A stretch of 64,000 nt of DNA. It comes from Ilumatobacteraceae bacterium. GTDB taxonomy: Bacteria > Actinomycetota > Acidimicrobiia > Acidimicrobiales > Ilumatobacteraceae. The stretch is from the NCBI GenBank assembly GCA_963733085.1, contig CAVTBY010000013.1:2809-66808 (forward strand). The letters run 5' to 3'. A program made the position numbers and the translations under genes. The notes under the pieces were generated by a model. The model made no database searches and was not told the DNA's origin. It saw only the letters and a program-made list of their open reading frames with translations. Positions 40,230 through 52,311 of the stretch are shown piece after piece; position 1 is the first letter of the stretch, and every line of letters begins with the position of its first letter.

Positions 40230-41192
40230 ATGACTGCATCCCCCCGACTTGGCGTCTGTTTTCCTCGCGAGCTGGAGCCGGCGCTCGTCGTCGAGTTCGC
40301 CGAACGGCTCGAAGCCGGTGGTCTCGATGATCTGTGGGTGATCGAGGACTGCTTCTACACGGCAGGGATCACCCTCGCCGCCACGGCGCTGGCCCACACC
40401 GAACGGCTCACCGTGGGCATCGGCATCCTCCCCGCCCTGACTCGCAACGCGTCGACGATCGCGATGGAGCTCACGACTCTCGCCCGCCTCGCCCCCGGTC
40501 GCATCAAGGGCGGTATCGGGCACGGGGTTCGGGCCTGGATGGAGCAGATCGGCGCCCGCCCGGAGTCGCCGGTCACTGCGCTCAGCGAGGTGATCACGGC
40601 AGTCCGCCACCTGCTGGCAGGCGACACGGTCACGGTGAACGGTGCGGCGGTCGAACTGCACGAGGTGCGCCTCGATCTCGTACCGGATACTCCCCCACCG
40701 GTGCTCGCCGGCGTTCGCCGACCGAAGTCACTGGCCGCCGCCGGCCGCTGCGCCGACGGCATCATCCTCACCGAGCTCACAGGGCCGTCGGCCGTGCGCG
40801 ACTCGCTCGCACTCGCGGCGCCGACCGGGTCGTTCGAAGCGGTCGTCTACGCCGCGGTGTCGATTGACGAAGACCGCCAAGCCGCACGGCGGGCGATCGC
40901 CCCGTTCATCGCCGAGAATGTCGCCCACGGGTTGAACTTCGGCCTCCAATCGGCACCGTTCCACGACGACCTGGTCGCCCTCGCCAGAGACGGTGGCGTC
41001 GACGCCATCGCCTCGGCCCCGGATGACTGGTGGATCGAGCTCGGCGCGATCGGCACGCCCGACGACGTCGCCGCCCACGTCGCCGCCCTCGGCGACGCCG
41101 GAGCGACGACGGTGGCGTTCTTTCCGCCGCCGTTCCCCGATGAAGCCCTCTCCCAGATCGACCGGGTCGTCCGCCATGTCGTCGCTCGCTGA
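40230..41192 (+). CDS. LLM class flavin-dependent oxidoreductase
   Basis: LWVIEDCFY, TERLTVGIGI, PGRIKGGIGHG, AGRCADG. Confidence 0.9.
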   Translation: MTASPRLGVCFPRELEPALVVEFAERLEAGGLDDLWVIEDCFYTAGITLAATALAHTERLTVGIGILPALTRNASTIAMELTTLARLAPGRIKGGIGHGVRAWMEQIGARPESPVTALSEVITAVRHLLAGDTVTVNGAAVELHEVRLDLVPDTPPPVLAGVRRPKSLAAAGRCADGIILTELTGPSAVRDSLALAAPTGSFEAVVYAAVSIDEDRQAARRAIAPFIAENVAHGLNFGLQSAPFHDDLVALARDGGVDAIASAPDDWWIELGAIGTPDDVAAHVAALGDAGATTVAFFPPPFPDEALSQIDRVVRHVVAR

Positions 41193-41238
41193 ACAACGGG
41201 ACCGGGGCACGCCGACTCGCCATTTGTAGGCTCGTGGC

Positions 41239-42591
41239 ATGAACCAGGCGTGGACGCCGGCTTCGTGGCAGGAACGACCCGCCAGGCAGCAACCGGATTG
41301 GCCCGACAGCGATCAGCTGCGCAGCGCCTTGAAGACGCTCGCCGGGTTCCCGCCGCTCGTGTTCGCCGGAGAGGCCCGCTCGTTGCAGGCGTCACTCGCC
41401 CAGGTTGCCGCCGGCGACGCGTTCCTGCTTCAGGCGGGCGACTGCGCCGAGAGCTTCGAGGAGTTCTCCGCCGACAACATTCGCGAGAAGTTGCGGGTCA
41501 TCCTCCAGATGGCGGTCGTGATGACCTATTCGATGGGGGTCCCGGTCGTCAAGGTCGGCCGCATCGCCGGGCAGTTCGCCAAGCCCCGCTCGAGCCCGAC
41601 CGAACGCATCGGCGACGTCGAGCTGCCCGCCTTCCGGGGCCACATCGTCAACGACCCGAGCCCGCTCGCCGAGTCGCGAGTTCCCGATCCCAACCGCCTC
41701 GTCCAGGCGTACCACCAGTCCTCGTCGACGTTGAACCTGCTACGGGCGTTCACCAAGGGTGGATTCGCCGCCCTCAGTCGAGTTCACGCGTGGAACCAGG
41801 AGTTCGTGGCGTCGAGTCCCCAGGGTCGGCGCTACGACCGGATCGCCGCAGAGATCGACCGCGCGCTGCGCTTCATGAGCGCCGCAGGCATCGACACCGA
41901 GAGCAATCCCAACCTGCGCGAGGTCGACGTCTACACCAGTCACGAGGCGTTGATCCTCGGCTACGAGGAAGCGCTCACCCGCCAGGACAGCCTCACCGGC
42001 GACTGGTACGACTGCTCGGCGCACATGCTGTGGATCGGCGAACGCACCCATCAACCCGACGGAGCGCACGTCGAGTTCCTCCGCGGCGTCGGCAACCCAC
42101 TCGGCTGCAAGATCGGTCCGGCGACGGATCCCGCCGAGGTCGTCGGGCTCTGCGCCACGCTCAACCCGCAACGGCTACCCGGCAGGCTGACCCTCGTCAG
42201 CCGGATGGGCGCCGTCAACGTCGAAGACCGGCTGCCGCCGGTCATCCGCGCCGTGACTGCGGCCGGGCACCCGGTGGTCTGGGCCTGCGATCCGATGCAC
42301 GGCAACACCTACGTCGCCCCCAGCGGACGCAAGACGCGACACTTCGACGAGATCATGCGGGAGATCGGCAGCTTCGTCAGGTCGTGCCGTACCGAGGGCG
42401 TGTGGCCGGGCGGCATCCACGTCGAGCTGACCGGGGAGAACGTCACCGAGTGTCTCGGCGGCGCCGACGAGCTCTCCGACGCCGACCTCGACCACCGCTA
42501 CGAGACGGTGTGCGACCCGCGACTCAACGCCCGCCAGAGCCTCGACCTCGCCTACCGCCTCGCCGAGCTGATCACCGGCCGCGACGCCTGA
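41239..42591 (+). CDS. class II DAHP synthase
   Basis: LLQAGDCAESF, GRIAGQFAKPRS, TSHEAL, WIGERT, CDPMHGNT, CDPRLN. Confidence 0.97.
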   Translation: MNQAWTPASWQERPARQQPDWPDSDQLRSALKTLAGFPPLVFAGEARSLQASLAQVAAGDAFLLQAGDCAESFEEFSADNIREKLRVILQMAVVMTYSMGVPVVKVGRIAGQFAKPRSSPTERIGDVELPAFRGHIVNDPSPLAESRVPDPNRLVQAYHQSSSTLNLLRAFTKGGFAALSRVHAWNQEFVASSPQGRRYDRIAAEIDRALRFMSAAGIDTESNPNLREVDVYTSHEALILGYEEALTRQDSLTGDWYDCSAHMLWIGERTHQPDGAHVEFLRGVGNPLGCKIGPATDPAEVVGLCATLNPQRLPGRLTLVSRMGAVNVEDRLPPVIRAVTAAGHPVVWACDPMHGNTYVAPSGRKTRHFDEIMREIGSFVRSCRTEGVWPGGIHVELTGENVTECLGGADELSDADLDHRYETVCDPRLNARQSLDLAYRLAELITGRDA

Positions 42592-42603
42592 CCGCCGGAA
42601 CCG

Positions 42604-43434
42604 ATGCGAGCGCTGCAGCTCGTCGACGGCTGGGACGTGCCCCACGCAGCCGCCGCTGTCGTCGGCGCCGATGGGGGGATGCTCGGGGTGACCGGTGACC
42701 TCGATCGTGAGTTCCGACTGGCGTCGCTGACGAAAGTCGCCACCGGCTGGGCCGCGATGATCGCCGTGGAGGAGGGGATCATCGACCTCGACGATCCGGT
42801 AGGTCAGCCCGGCTGCACGCTGCGTCACCTCCTCGCTCATGCCGGCGGCTACCCCACCAACGGCGTCGACGCCGTCGCCAGGCCAGGTCGTCGACGGATC
42901 TATTCGAACACGGGTATCGAACTCGCCGCCGGCGCCATCGAGCAGCGCTCCGAGATGTCGTTCGGCTCCTATCTGCACGAAGCGGTGATCGCCCCCTTGG
43001 GCATGACGGCGACACGGCTCGACGGGTCGCCGGCGAGCGGAATGCACGGCACGGTGACGGACCTCGCGCGGCTGCTCGGCGAGCTGCAACGCCCGCAGCT
43101 GCTCTCTGCCGCCGGGGCGTTTGAAGCGGTCACCATCCAGTTCGCCGGGCTCGCCGGTATCGTTCCCGGCGTGGGGAGGTTCGATCCGTGCCCATGGGGA
43201 TTGGGCATTGAAATCCGCGGCGAGAAGACGCCGCACTGGACCGGCACGACCAACTCGACAGCGACGTTCGGTCACTTCGGCGCCGCCGGATCGATGCTCT
43301 GGGTCGACCCGGTTGCCGAGTGCGCGCTCGTGGCGTTGACGGACCGTGCCTTCGACGACTGGCCCGAGGCCCTCGGCGAGTGGACCACACTGAGCGACGC
43401 CGTCATCTCCGAATCGGTGGGTGCATCGTCGTGA
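42604..43434 (+). CDS. serine hydrolase (beta-lactamase family)
   Basis: ASLTK (SxxK), YSN, FGHFG. Confidence 0.9.
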   Translation: MRALQLVDGWDVPHAAAAVVGADGGMLGVTGDLDREFRLASLTKVATGWAAMIAVEEGIIDLDDPVGQPGCTLRHLLAHAGGYPTNGVDAVARPGRRRIYSNTGIELAAGAIEQRSEMSFGSYLHEAVIAPLGMTATRLDGSPASGMHGTVTDLARLLGELQRPQLLSAAGAFEAVTIQFAGLAGIVPGVGRFDPCPWGLGIEIRGEKTPHWTGTTNSTATFGHFGAAGSMLWVDPVAECALVALTDRAFDDWPEALGEWTTLSDAVISESVGASS

Positions 43435-43871
43435 TGTACAGCCTCGGCGACCGAGTTCGGGTCTCGCTCACCGCCGAGGATGGACTTCCCCTCGTGCGCT
43501 ACGGGTTCGTACGGTCGGTGGCCGACGCCACCGGCCCGGTCGTCGTCATGTTCGACGGCGAGATCGGCGGCGAGGTCATCTCGATCGAGCAACTCGAGCC
43601 CGTCACCGTGACGTCACTCGATCTGCGCCTCGAGGGTGATGGACTGCTCGACGATCCCGAGCTGCGGCGCGGGCTGGCCCCGCTGTGGCAGGCCGAGGCC
43701 GAGGACGCCGGCCTCGACGTCGATGGGATCGTCCACCTCAACGGCGACGGCGCCGAGGGTGCCGGGGTGTGGACGCTCGCCCATTTCACGAGCGGCGGCG
43801 AACGCTACGCCTTGCGGGCGGTGCCGATGCCGCGCAGCGTCGTCCGCGTCCACGCCATCCGGTTCGGCTGA
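43431..43871 (+). CDS. hypothetical protein
   Basis: Coupled by a GTGA overlap; N-terminus YSLGDRVRV suggests a small beta-barrel. Confidence 0.7.
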   Translation: MMYSLGDRVRVSLTAEDGLPLVRYGFVRSVADATGPVVVMFDGEIGGEVISIEQLEPVTVTSLDLRLEGDGLLDDPELRRGLAPLWQAEAEDAGLDVDGIVHLNGDGAEGAGVWTLAHFTSGGERYALRAVPMPRSVVRVHAIRFG

Positions 43872-44054
43872 CCACTGACCGGACCCGGCGTTGGCTCTCC
43901 TCACTCATTCGTGGGGTTCACGCGTGGCGTGTGCCGAGCGCGCTGGCTCTGGAAGCAGGCGGTGTCAACGGCGACGATCCGACTACTTGGTCGATTTGGC
44001 CCCACAGCGACGCCAACGGTGCCAAAGAGTTCGCGCGCACAGATGTGTCCGTGA

Positions 44055-44102
44055 TCTCGGGCGCCGCAGGCGACAAATCTGTCTCGTTCGTGGCGGTAGA
44101 AC
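44055..44102. repeat. 48-bp dispersed repeat, copy B (inverted)
   Basis: TCTCGGGCGCCGCAGGCGACAAATCTGTCTCGTTCGTGGCGGTAGAAC. Confidence 0.85.
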
Positions 44103-44147
44103 GCGGCGCCGTCGCGATGGCTTTCTCAGCGCCGGCCGCGACCGGGC

Positions 44148-45347
44148 TCAGTTGAGGCGCTCAATCACCATTGCCATCCCTTGGCCGCCGCCGACGCACA
44201 TCGTCTCGAGGCCGAACGTGCCGCCGGTCTCCTGCAGCCCGTGGATCAGCGTGGTCATGATGCGGGCGCCCGTCATCCCGAAGGGGTGGCCGAGGGCGAT
44301 CGCGCCACCGTGGACGTTGAGCTTGTCGAGATCGACCCCGAGGTGCTTCGCTGACGGGAGGACCTGAGCGGCGAACGCCTCGTTGATCTCGACGAGGTCG
44401 ATGTCGTCGATCGTCTTGCCAGCCCGGGCCAGCGCTTGGCGGCTCGCCTCGATGGGGCCGAGTCCCATGATCTCTGGGTTCAGCGCCGACACTCCCGACG
44501 ACACGATGCGCGCCAACGGCTCGATGCCGAGCTCGTTGGCCCGGGTATCGCTCATCACGACCACCGCCGCGGCGCCGTCGTTGAGCGGACAGGCGTTGCC
44601 GGCCGTGACCTCCCCGTCGGGGCGGAACACCGGCTTGAGGGCGGCTAGCCCTTCGAGCGTCACGCCGGCACGAGGCCCGTCGTCCTTTTCGGCGACAGAG
44701 CCGTCGGGCAGCGTGACGGGCGTGATCTCGTCGGCGAAGAAGCCGTTCTCCTGGTTGGCGACAGCCAGGTCCTGGGACCGCTTGGCGAACTCGTCCATCT
44801 CCGTGCGCGACACGTTCTCGTACTCGCGCACGTTCTCGGCTGTCTGCCCCATGGCGATGTAGACGTCGGGCAGACCCTCAGGTGGCGACCACGGCGGCTG
44901 GCCGCCACCGGCGCGTTCCAGGGTGCGCAGCCCAGACGGCTTGAACAGCGGGTTGGGGGCGGTGTCGGAAAAGCCGGCGCCAAAACGACTGACGGTCTCC
45001 ACGCCTCCGGCGACGAACACGTCACCTTCGCCGGCCTTGATTGCATGTGCTGCCATGCGGATCGTCTGCAGGCTGGACGAGCAGTAGCGGTTGACGGTGA
45101 CCCCCGGAACGTCGAGTCCAGCGAGGATGGCGACGACCCGGGCGATGTTGAAGCCGGACTCACCTGCCGGCTGACCGCAACCGAGGATGATGTCCTCAAC
45201 GGTGGCCGGGTCGAGCTGGGGCACCTTGGCGAGCAATGCCGTGACGATCTGGGCGGCGAGGTCGTCGGGCCGGATGTCGACCAGAGACCCCTTGTTGGCC
45301 CGCCCAATCGGGCTACGAGCAGTGGCAACGATGACGGCTTCAGCCAT
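44148..45347 (-). CDS. acetyl-CoA C-acetyltransferase (thiolase)
   Basis: [29 protein letters not shown]. Confidence 0.96.
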   Translation of the reverse strand: MAEAVIVATARSPIGRANKGSLVDIRPDDLAAQIVTALLAKVPQLDPATVEDIILGCGQPAGESGFNIARVVAILAGLDVPGVTVNRYCSSSLQTIRMAAHAIKAGEGDVFVAGGVETVSRFGAGFSDTAPNPLFKPSGLRTLERAGGGQPPWSPPEGLPDVYIAMGQTAENVREYENVSRTEMDEFAKRSQDLAVANQENGFFADEITPVTLPDGSVAEKDDGPRAGVTLEGLAALKPVFRPDGEVTAGNACPLNDGAAAVVVMSDTRANELGIEPLARIVSSGVSALNPEIMGLGPIEASRQALARAGKTIDDIDLVEINEAFAAQVLPSAKHLGVDLDKLNVHGGAIALGHPFGMTGARIMTTLIHGLQETGGTFGLETMCVGGGQGMAMVIERLN

Positions 45348-45402
45348 GACACCGAGCCTACTCACGGGTAACAACACACCCGGACCTCGGTGGACCGCCG
45401 TT

Positions 45403-45466
45403 GCGAGCGACGAGGCGCCAGCCGAGGAGCGGCCAGACACGGCCTGCGTGGCCGGGGAACGCAGTG
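45403..45466 (+). repeat. dispersed repeat with CGTGGCCGGGGAACGCA core, copy 2
   Basis: GCGAGCGACGAGGCGCCAGCCGAGGAGCGG...CGTGGCCGGGGAACGCAGTG. Confidence 0.75.
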
Positions 45467-45474
45467 GATAGTCG

Positions 45475-46077
45475 TCAGTCGCCGAGGTCGCCGTGGCGGA
45501 AGTGGCGGCGGCAGAGCAGTTCGTAGTGGACGGTGTCGCCGAACAGCGGCGGGGTCGTCGGGTCTGCGGTGTCGCCAACGACCACCGTCTCACCTTCGAA
45601 CACGACGTCGCCGTTGACGACCCTAGCGTTGTGCGTCGCCCTGGCGCCGCACCAGCACCGTGCCTCGACTTGGAGCGGCAGGCGCTCGTCGGCGAGCTCG
45701 AGCAGCCGCCTCGTGCCGTCGAACAGCAGCCCACGAAAGTCTGTGATCAACCCGAAGGCGTAGACGTCGACCTCGAGGTCGTCGACGACGCGGCCGAGCT
45801 GCTCACACTGCTCCGCGGTGTAGAACTGCGCCTCGTCGCACACGAAGTAGTGAACCGGCCAGTGGGCGAGGGCGAGGGCGTAGAGATCGGTGCCGTCGGA
45901 CACGTCGATGGCCGGAGCGGCGACACCGAGCCGGCTGCTGACCTGCTGACCCTCGCGGTCGAGTGACGTCAGCAACAGACCGTAGAGGTCGCGACTGGCG
46001 AGGTTGTGGTGGATCTGCAATGCCACCGTGCTCTTGCCGGAACCCATCGTCCCGAAAGAGAACCGCAGCATGGCCAT
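45475..46077 (-). CDS. tdk: thymidine kinase
   Basis: GTMGSGKST, DEAQF, TDFRG.LF, CWCG, YELLCRRHF. Confidence 0.95.
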   Translation of the reverse strand: MAMLRFSFGTMGSGKSTVALQIHHNLASRDLYGLLLTSLDREGQQVSSRLGVAAPAIDVSDGTDLYALALAHWPVHYFVCDEAQFYTAEQCEQLGRVVDDLEVDVYAFGLITDFRGLLFDGTRRLLELADERLPLQVEARCWCGARATHNARVVNGDVVFEGETVVVGDTADPTTPPLFGDTVHYELLCRRHFRHGDLGD

Positions 46078-46103
46078 AACGGCCCGACGCTAGCGAGCTA
46101 TCA

Positions 46104-47621
46104 CTACAGCAGTGCTTGGAGGGACTCGATGCGGTCGGCGTCGGCAGCGGACTTGTCCGGCCGGTAGCGGCGCACCCGGGCGAAGCGCAAAGCGACGCCG
46201 CCGGGATAGCGCGGCGAGCGCTGGACCCCGTCGATGGCGATTTCGACGACCTTCTCCGGGCGGACGTGTACGACATGTTCGGATCCGTCGCGCTCGGTGG
46301 CGATGGCGATCTTCTGCAGTTCCTCGGTCTGCCAGCGCAGCAGCTCGTCGGTCATCCCCTTGAACGTCTTGCCGACCATGACGAACCCATCGTCGCCACG
46401 AGCGCCGAGGTGGAGGTTGGACAACCAGCCCCGCCGCCGGCCATGCCCCCACTCGACGGCGAGGACGACGAGGTCGAAGGTGTGCACCGGCTTGACCTTG
46501 CGCCACGAGCCGCCGCGGCGTCCGGCGGCGTATGGCGAGGCGAGGTCCTTGACCATCACGCCCTCGAGCCCACGGCGAACGGCGTCCTCCATGAACGTCG
46601 CCGCCTCGCCGGCATCGGCCGTGACGATCGACGGCAGACGGAACGGCGGCGGCACCAACTCGCCGAGCACGGCCCGCCGCGCCGCCAGCGGCTCGTCGAC
46701 GAGAGCGCCGCCGTTGGCGTGGATCACGTCGAAGAAGTAGGCGGCGAGCCCGCCACCACGACCCGCGGCTGCCTGGGCGCTGAAGTCGCCCATCGTGTCC
46801 TGGAACCGCCGCGGACCCCCGTCGTCGGTCAGGCCGGCGACCTCTCCGTCCAACACGAGATCACCTCCGGTCAGGCCAGCGACGAGTGACACCACGCCGG
46901 GCAGCCGGTCGGTGATGTCGTTGAGGTTGCGGGTGAACAGCCGGACCTCACTGGCGCGGCGGTGTGCCTGTACACGAGCGCCGTCGAGCTTCCACTCGAC
47001 GGACGCCTCGCCCGTCTCGGCGAGGGCCTCGGCGACGCCATCCGCCGGCGAGGCCAACATCGGGCCGACCGCCCGACCTGGGACGAGCGTGATCGCCCGC
47101 AACGCCTCGGCGCCGCCGGAGAAGGCCTGGCGGGCGGTCTCGCCGAGATCGCCGGAGAACATGTGGGCGCGGCGGACCTCGGCCACGGGAGCACCGGATC
47201 CGCGGGCGACGGCGTCGACCATCACGCCGTCGAGCGCGCCTTGCCGCAGCTCGCCACTGAACACACCCCACAGCAGCCGCTGCTCGATCGCGGTGGCGCG
47301 GGCGAACACGCCGGCCAGCAGATCGCGCCTCCTGGCCGTGGAGCCGGGACCCGACTGCTCGGCGAGCTCGCTGAGCCACCGGTCGATCTCGAGTATCTCC
47401 AACGTCGGCTCGTCTGCGGCGCCGGCATCGAGCTTGCTCAGCGCCGACCACCCGACACCGATGCGCCCCTGACGCGGCTGACCGGTGAGCAGGCCGACGG
47501 CCATCGCCGCCTCCTCGACCGACATTGACCGCAGCAAGGCGGCGAGCAGCGACGTCTTCTCGCCCCGCTTGGAGGTCGCCGCGACCTGCTCGGAGACGGT
47601 GGCGAGCTCGACGAACCGCAT
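46104..47621 (-). CDS. ligB: ATP-dependent DNA ligase
   Basis: EWKLDGAR, EGVMVK, WRKVKP, ALRFARV..YR.DK. Confidence 0.93.
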   Translation of the reverse strand: MRFVELATVSEQVAATSKRGEKTSLLAALLRSMSVEEAAMAVGLLTGQPRQGRIGVGWSALSKLDAGAADEPTLEILEIDRWLSELAEQSGPGSTARRRDLLAGVFARATAIEQRLLWGVFSGELRQGALDGVMVDAVARGSGAPVAEVRRAHMFSGDLGETARQAFSGGAEALRAITLVPGRAVGPMLASPADGVAEALAETGEASVEWKLDGARVQAHRRASEVRLFTRNLNDITDRLPGVVSLVAGLTGGDLVLDGEVAGLTDDGGPRRFQDTMGDFSAQAAAGRGGGLAAYFFDVIHANGGALVDEPLAARRAVLGELVPPPFRLPSIVTADAGEAATFMEDAVRRGLEGVMVKDLASPYAAGRRGGSWRKVKPVHTFDLVVLAVEWGHGRRRGWLSNLHLGARGDDGFVMVGKTFKGMTDELLRWQTEELQKIAIATERDGSEHVVHVRPEKVVEIAIDGVQRSPRYPGGVALRFARVRRYRPDKSAADADRIESLQALL

Positions 47622-47725
47622 CGTCGCCAGGCTAGGGAGACTGCGTCCGTTGACCTTCGCTGCGCAAACTTCCGCCGCTACCGTAGGGGCCAGGAGGGGG
47701 ACGGCAACGAAGCTGGCCCGACGAG

Positions 47726-49642
47726 ATGACTGACACAGCCCAAGCCCCGGCAGGTGGCCCGACGTCGAGGGTGGGCGACGCTCAGATCCTCGACCGGGTG
47801 GTCGTCCGCTTCGCCGGTGATTCCGGCGACGGCATGCAGCTCACCGGCGATCGATTCACGTCCGTTTCGGCGTTGTACGGCAATGACCTGTCGACGCTGC
47901 CCGAATTTCCCGCCGAGATCCGCGCCCCGGCCGGAACCGTGCACGGCGTGTCGAGCTTCCAGGTGCACATCTCCGACCACCCGATCACGACGCCGGGTGA
48001 CGAGCCCAACGTTCTCGTGGCGATGAACCCGGCGGCATTGCGCGCCGACCTCGGACGCCTCGAAGTCGGCGGCACGTTGATCGTCAACGAGGACGCCTTC
48101 GAGGAGCGCAACCTTCTCAAGGCCGGTTACCACGGACCCGGCGGCACGGCGACGAACCCGCTCGACGACGGCAGCCTCGACAGCTACCGGGTGATCAAGG
48201 TGCCGATGACGAGCCTCACCAAGGAGGCCACGGTGCCCCTCGGCGTCAAGCCACGCGATGCCGAGCGGTCGAAGAACTTCTTCGCCCTCGGCCTCGTGTC
48301 GTGGATGTACACCCGCCCGACGGAGTCGACGCTCGAATGGATCGAGCGCCGGTTCGCCGCCAACGAGCAGGTCGCCGCCGCCAACCGGGCGGCGTTCCTC
48401 GCCGGCTACAACTTCGGCGAGACCACCGAGGCGGTCGGCCACCGCTTCGAGGTTCGCCCCGCCCACCTGCCCCAGGGCGAGTACACGAGCGTCACCGGCA
48501 ACACGGCGCTGGCGTGGGGGATCGTCGCCGGCGGCCAGCTCGCCAAGCTGCCCGTGACGCTCGGTTCCTACCCGATCACGCCGGCTTCTGACATTCTCCA
48601 CGAGCTGTCCAAGCACAAGCACTTCGGTGTCCGCACGGTGCAGGCCGAGGACGAGATCGCCGCCGTCGGAATGGCCCTCGGGGCGGCGTTCGCCGGTCAC
48701 CTCGGCGTCACGACGACGAGCGGCCCGGGCATGGCATTGAAGTCCGAGACGGTCAGCCTGGCGGTGTCGTTGGAGCTGCCGCTGCTCATCGTCGACATCC
48801 AGCGCGGCGGGCCGTCCACCGGGCTGCCGACGAAGACCGAGGCAGCCGACCTCAACATGGCGATCTTCGGCCGGCCCAGCGAGGCGCCACTGCCCGTGAT
48901 CGCCGCATCGAGCCCGGTGCACTGCTTCGCCGCGGCGATCGAGGCGATCCGCATCGCCGTCAAGTACCGCACGCCGGTGATCCTGCTGTCGGACGGGTTC
49001 CTGGCCAACGGCTCGGAACCGTGGCAGTTGCCCGACATCGAGTCCCTGCCCGACATCTCCGTCCCGTTCGCCACCGAGAAGAACCACATCAACGACGAGG
49101 GCGCCGAGGAGTTCTGGCCGTACCTGCCGCGATCCCGAGACGCTGGCCAGGCCGTGGGCGATCCCCGGGACGCCCGGCCTGATGCACCGCATCGGCGGGA
49201 TCGAGAAGGAGGACGGCAGCGGCAACATCTCCTACGACCCCGACAACCACCAGCGGATGGTCGAGCTGCGCGCCGCCAAGGTCGCCGGCATCGCCCGCGA
49301 CATCCCACCGACGGAGATCGCCGGCGACGCCGCCGATGCCGACCTGCTCGTCGTCAGCTGGGGATCGACCTGGGCATCGGTCGACTCGGCGATCGAGCGC
49401 CGCCGCCGCGATGGGCGCAAGCTCGCCTGGGTTCATCTGACCCACCTCAACCCGCTCCCAGCCGACCTCGGCGACATCGTGCGCCGCTATCCGAAGGTGC
49501 TCGTTCCGGAGCTGAACAGCGGCCAGCTGGCGCGCATCCTGCGCGCCAACTTCCTCGTCGACGCCCAGTCGGCGACGAAGATCAAGGGCCTGCCGTTCAC
49601 CGCCCGTGAGCTCGAGGAAGCCATTCAGAAGGAACTCGCCCG

Positions 49643-49646
<4 letters not shown>
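47726..49646 (+). CDS. korA: 2-oxoacid:ferredoxin oxidoreductase alpha subunit (frameshift near 49127)
   Basis: FAGDSGDGMQLTG, YPITPAS, QAEDEIA, QRGGPSTGLPTK, then HRIGGIEK and PELN.GQL. Confidence 0.94.
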
Positions 49647-50668
<1,022 letters not shown>

Positions 50669-50681
50669 CCGACTTCCACTC

Positions 50682-50724
50682 TGTGTCAGCGAACACGACG
50701 TCGGCGGTCGTGTTCGCTGACACA
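50682..50724. terminator. perfect 18-bp stem between convergent genes
   Basis: TGTGTCAGCGAACACGAC-7 nt-GTCGTGTTCGCTGACACA. Confidence 0.75.
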
Positions 50725-50732
50725 AACGCTGG

Positions 50733-52241
50733 CTAGGGGCAGTTGCCACCGTCTATCGGTGCGTTCGCTTCCGGGTCGACGGGGAGGAGATCGCCGAGCG
50801 GATCCCACAGATCCCACGTCTCGTCCTTGTGCCGATGCTCGGCGAGCGCTACGGCGGCGTAGTCGGCGGCGACGATCGCCCCGATGTTCCCGGAAGCCTC
50901 GGCGCACGGATCGAAGTAGTGACTGTGGCCGGCGGGCGGCCAGGGGAAGCCGTCATCCCGCCCTGCCCATTCTGCCTGGAACCGCCGGGCGCCGAAATCG
51001 TCCTCGACGGGATCGTTGCCGAGACCGACGCCCGGCACGCCGTTGACGAGGTCGGCGACGTCGTGCGGCTCGGCGCCGCCCGTGCGCCCGAGGTAGCTGA
51101 CCGGGTCGTCGCTCGCGCTACCCACCCACGTGTTCGTGGTACCCGTCGTGAGATCGCCGGCGTCGACCGCACGGCCGGCACCGGGGCTGCCGGTGAGTAC
51201 CACGTCGTCAGCGGCGAGGTCGAACTCGTCGGCGGCGATCGCCACGGTGGTGCTCCCGTACGAGTTGCCGATCACCGTGAGATGGACGTCGTCGCCGTGG
51301 CGCAAAGCACGGAGGCCGGAGACGTCGCGGGCCAGCGCGGCCGCACCGACGGTGGCCCGGCCCATCGTCACGACCTCGGCGAGCTCACCCGCTTCGGCGA
51401 CCCAATCGCTGGCATCGTCGATCGGGTCGTCGTCGTTGCCGTCCATCACGGCGATGCTCGGAGCGTCGTAGCCGTGCCACGTCATCACGGCGATCGGCTC
51501 GGCGGTGTGAGCGCTCGCCGCCGCGAACACGCCCTCAGGAACGCGGGTGCCGACTGTCGAGGCCTCCGTACCCATGCCCGGCACTGCGACCGCCATGTGT
51601 CGCGCCGCATCCAGATCGCCGAGGGCGATGGCGACGCGTCCGTCACCTCCGTAGCCAGCGGGGTCGTAGAGGTACAGCTGCACGGCGACCGGCGCTTCTG
51701 TGCGCGGGTCTTCGAAGTCGGCGCCGTCGACGAGGGCGAGGTTCGTCGCCCGGGCATTGGCGAGCGCCGCGGCATCAGCGTCGGTCAACGTTCCCGCCGC
51801 CGCAGACGTCTCGAGGCGGCGCAGATCCTCGGCAAGAAGATCCCGGTTGGCGAGATCGCGCGCCCACGCAGGCACCCCGTCGAGGTTGCCAACCGTCGCC
51901 GGCGTCAACGAGATCACCGCCAGTCGCTGCGACTCGCTCAGGCCGTCCCACCAGCGAGCGACAACCGTGGCGTGGCCGTCGGGCGGACGAGGCACGAGGT
52001 TGACCAGCCCGGCGTCGGCCCCCGCGGCGAACCATGCGGTAAGCGTCGCGTCGGTGGCGATGCGCAACACGAGCGGAGCCCATTGGGAACGGAGCGCGTC
52101 GACGATGTGGCCGACGACCACACCGACGTCGGCCGCCGCCCCGGTGGCGGTCAGCGCTTCCAGCTCGTCGGCGGCTGCGACGATGCGAAGACCGAGCGTG
52201 TGGAGTCGCGACGTGTCGTAACCCAGCCATCTCGATGCCAT
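50733..52241 (-). CDS. Abhydrolase_8 (DUF1023)-type alpha/beta hydrolase with N-terminal extension
   Basis: WWDGLS, VGNLDGVP..ARD.ANR, GDLD.A.H.AV.VPG, W.GYDAP, GNSYG, DPV, GHS.YF. Confidence 0.85.
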   Translation of the reverse strand: MASRWLGYDTSRLHTLGLRIVAAADELEALTATGAAADVGVVVGHIVDALRSQWAPLVLRIATDATLTAWFAAGADAGLVNLVPRPPDGHATVVARWWDGLSESQRLAVISLTPATVGNLDGVPAWARDLANRDLLAEDLRRLETSAAAGTLTDADAAALANARATNLALVDGADFEDPRTEAPVAVQLYLYDPAGYGGDGRVAIALGDLDAARHMAVAVPGMGTEASTVGTRVPEGVFAAASAHTAEPIAVMTWHGYDAPSIAVMDGNDDDPIDDASDWVAEAGELAEVVTMGRATVGAAALARDVSGLRALRHGDDVHLTVIGNSYGSTTVAIAADEFDLAADDVVLTGSPGAGRAVDAGDLTTGTTNTWVGSASDDPVSYLGRTGGAEPHDVADLVNGVPGVGLGNDPVEDDFGARRFQAEWAGRDDGFPWPPAGHSHYFDPCAEASGNIGAIVAADYAAVALAEHRHKDETWDLWDPLGDLLPVDPEANAPIDGGNCP

Positions 52242-52311
52242 CGGTGCTCCCGTGCGATGGTTCGATGTCGGTCACCTGCCCTGGGCGTCGCGACGTCACC
52301 GAAACGGAAGC

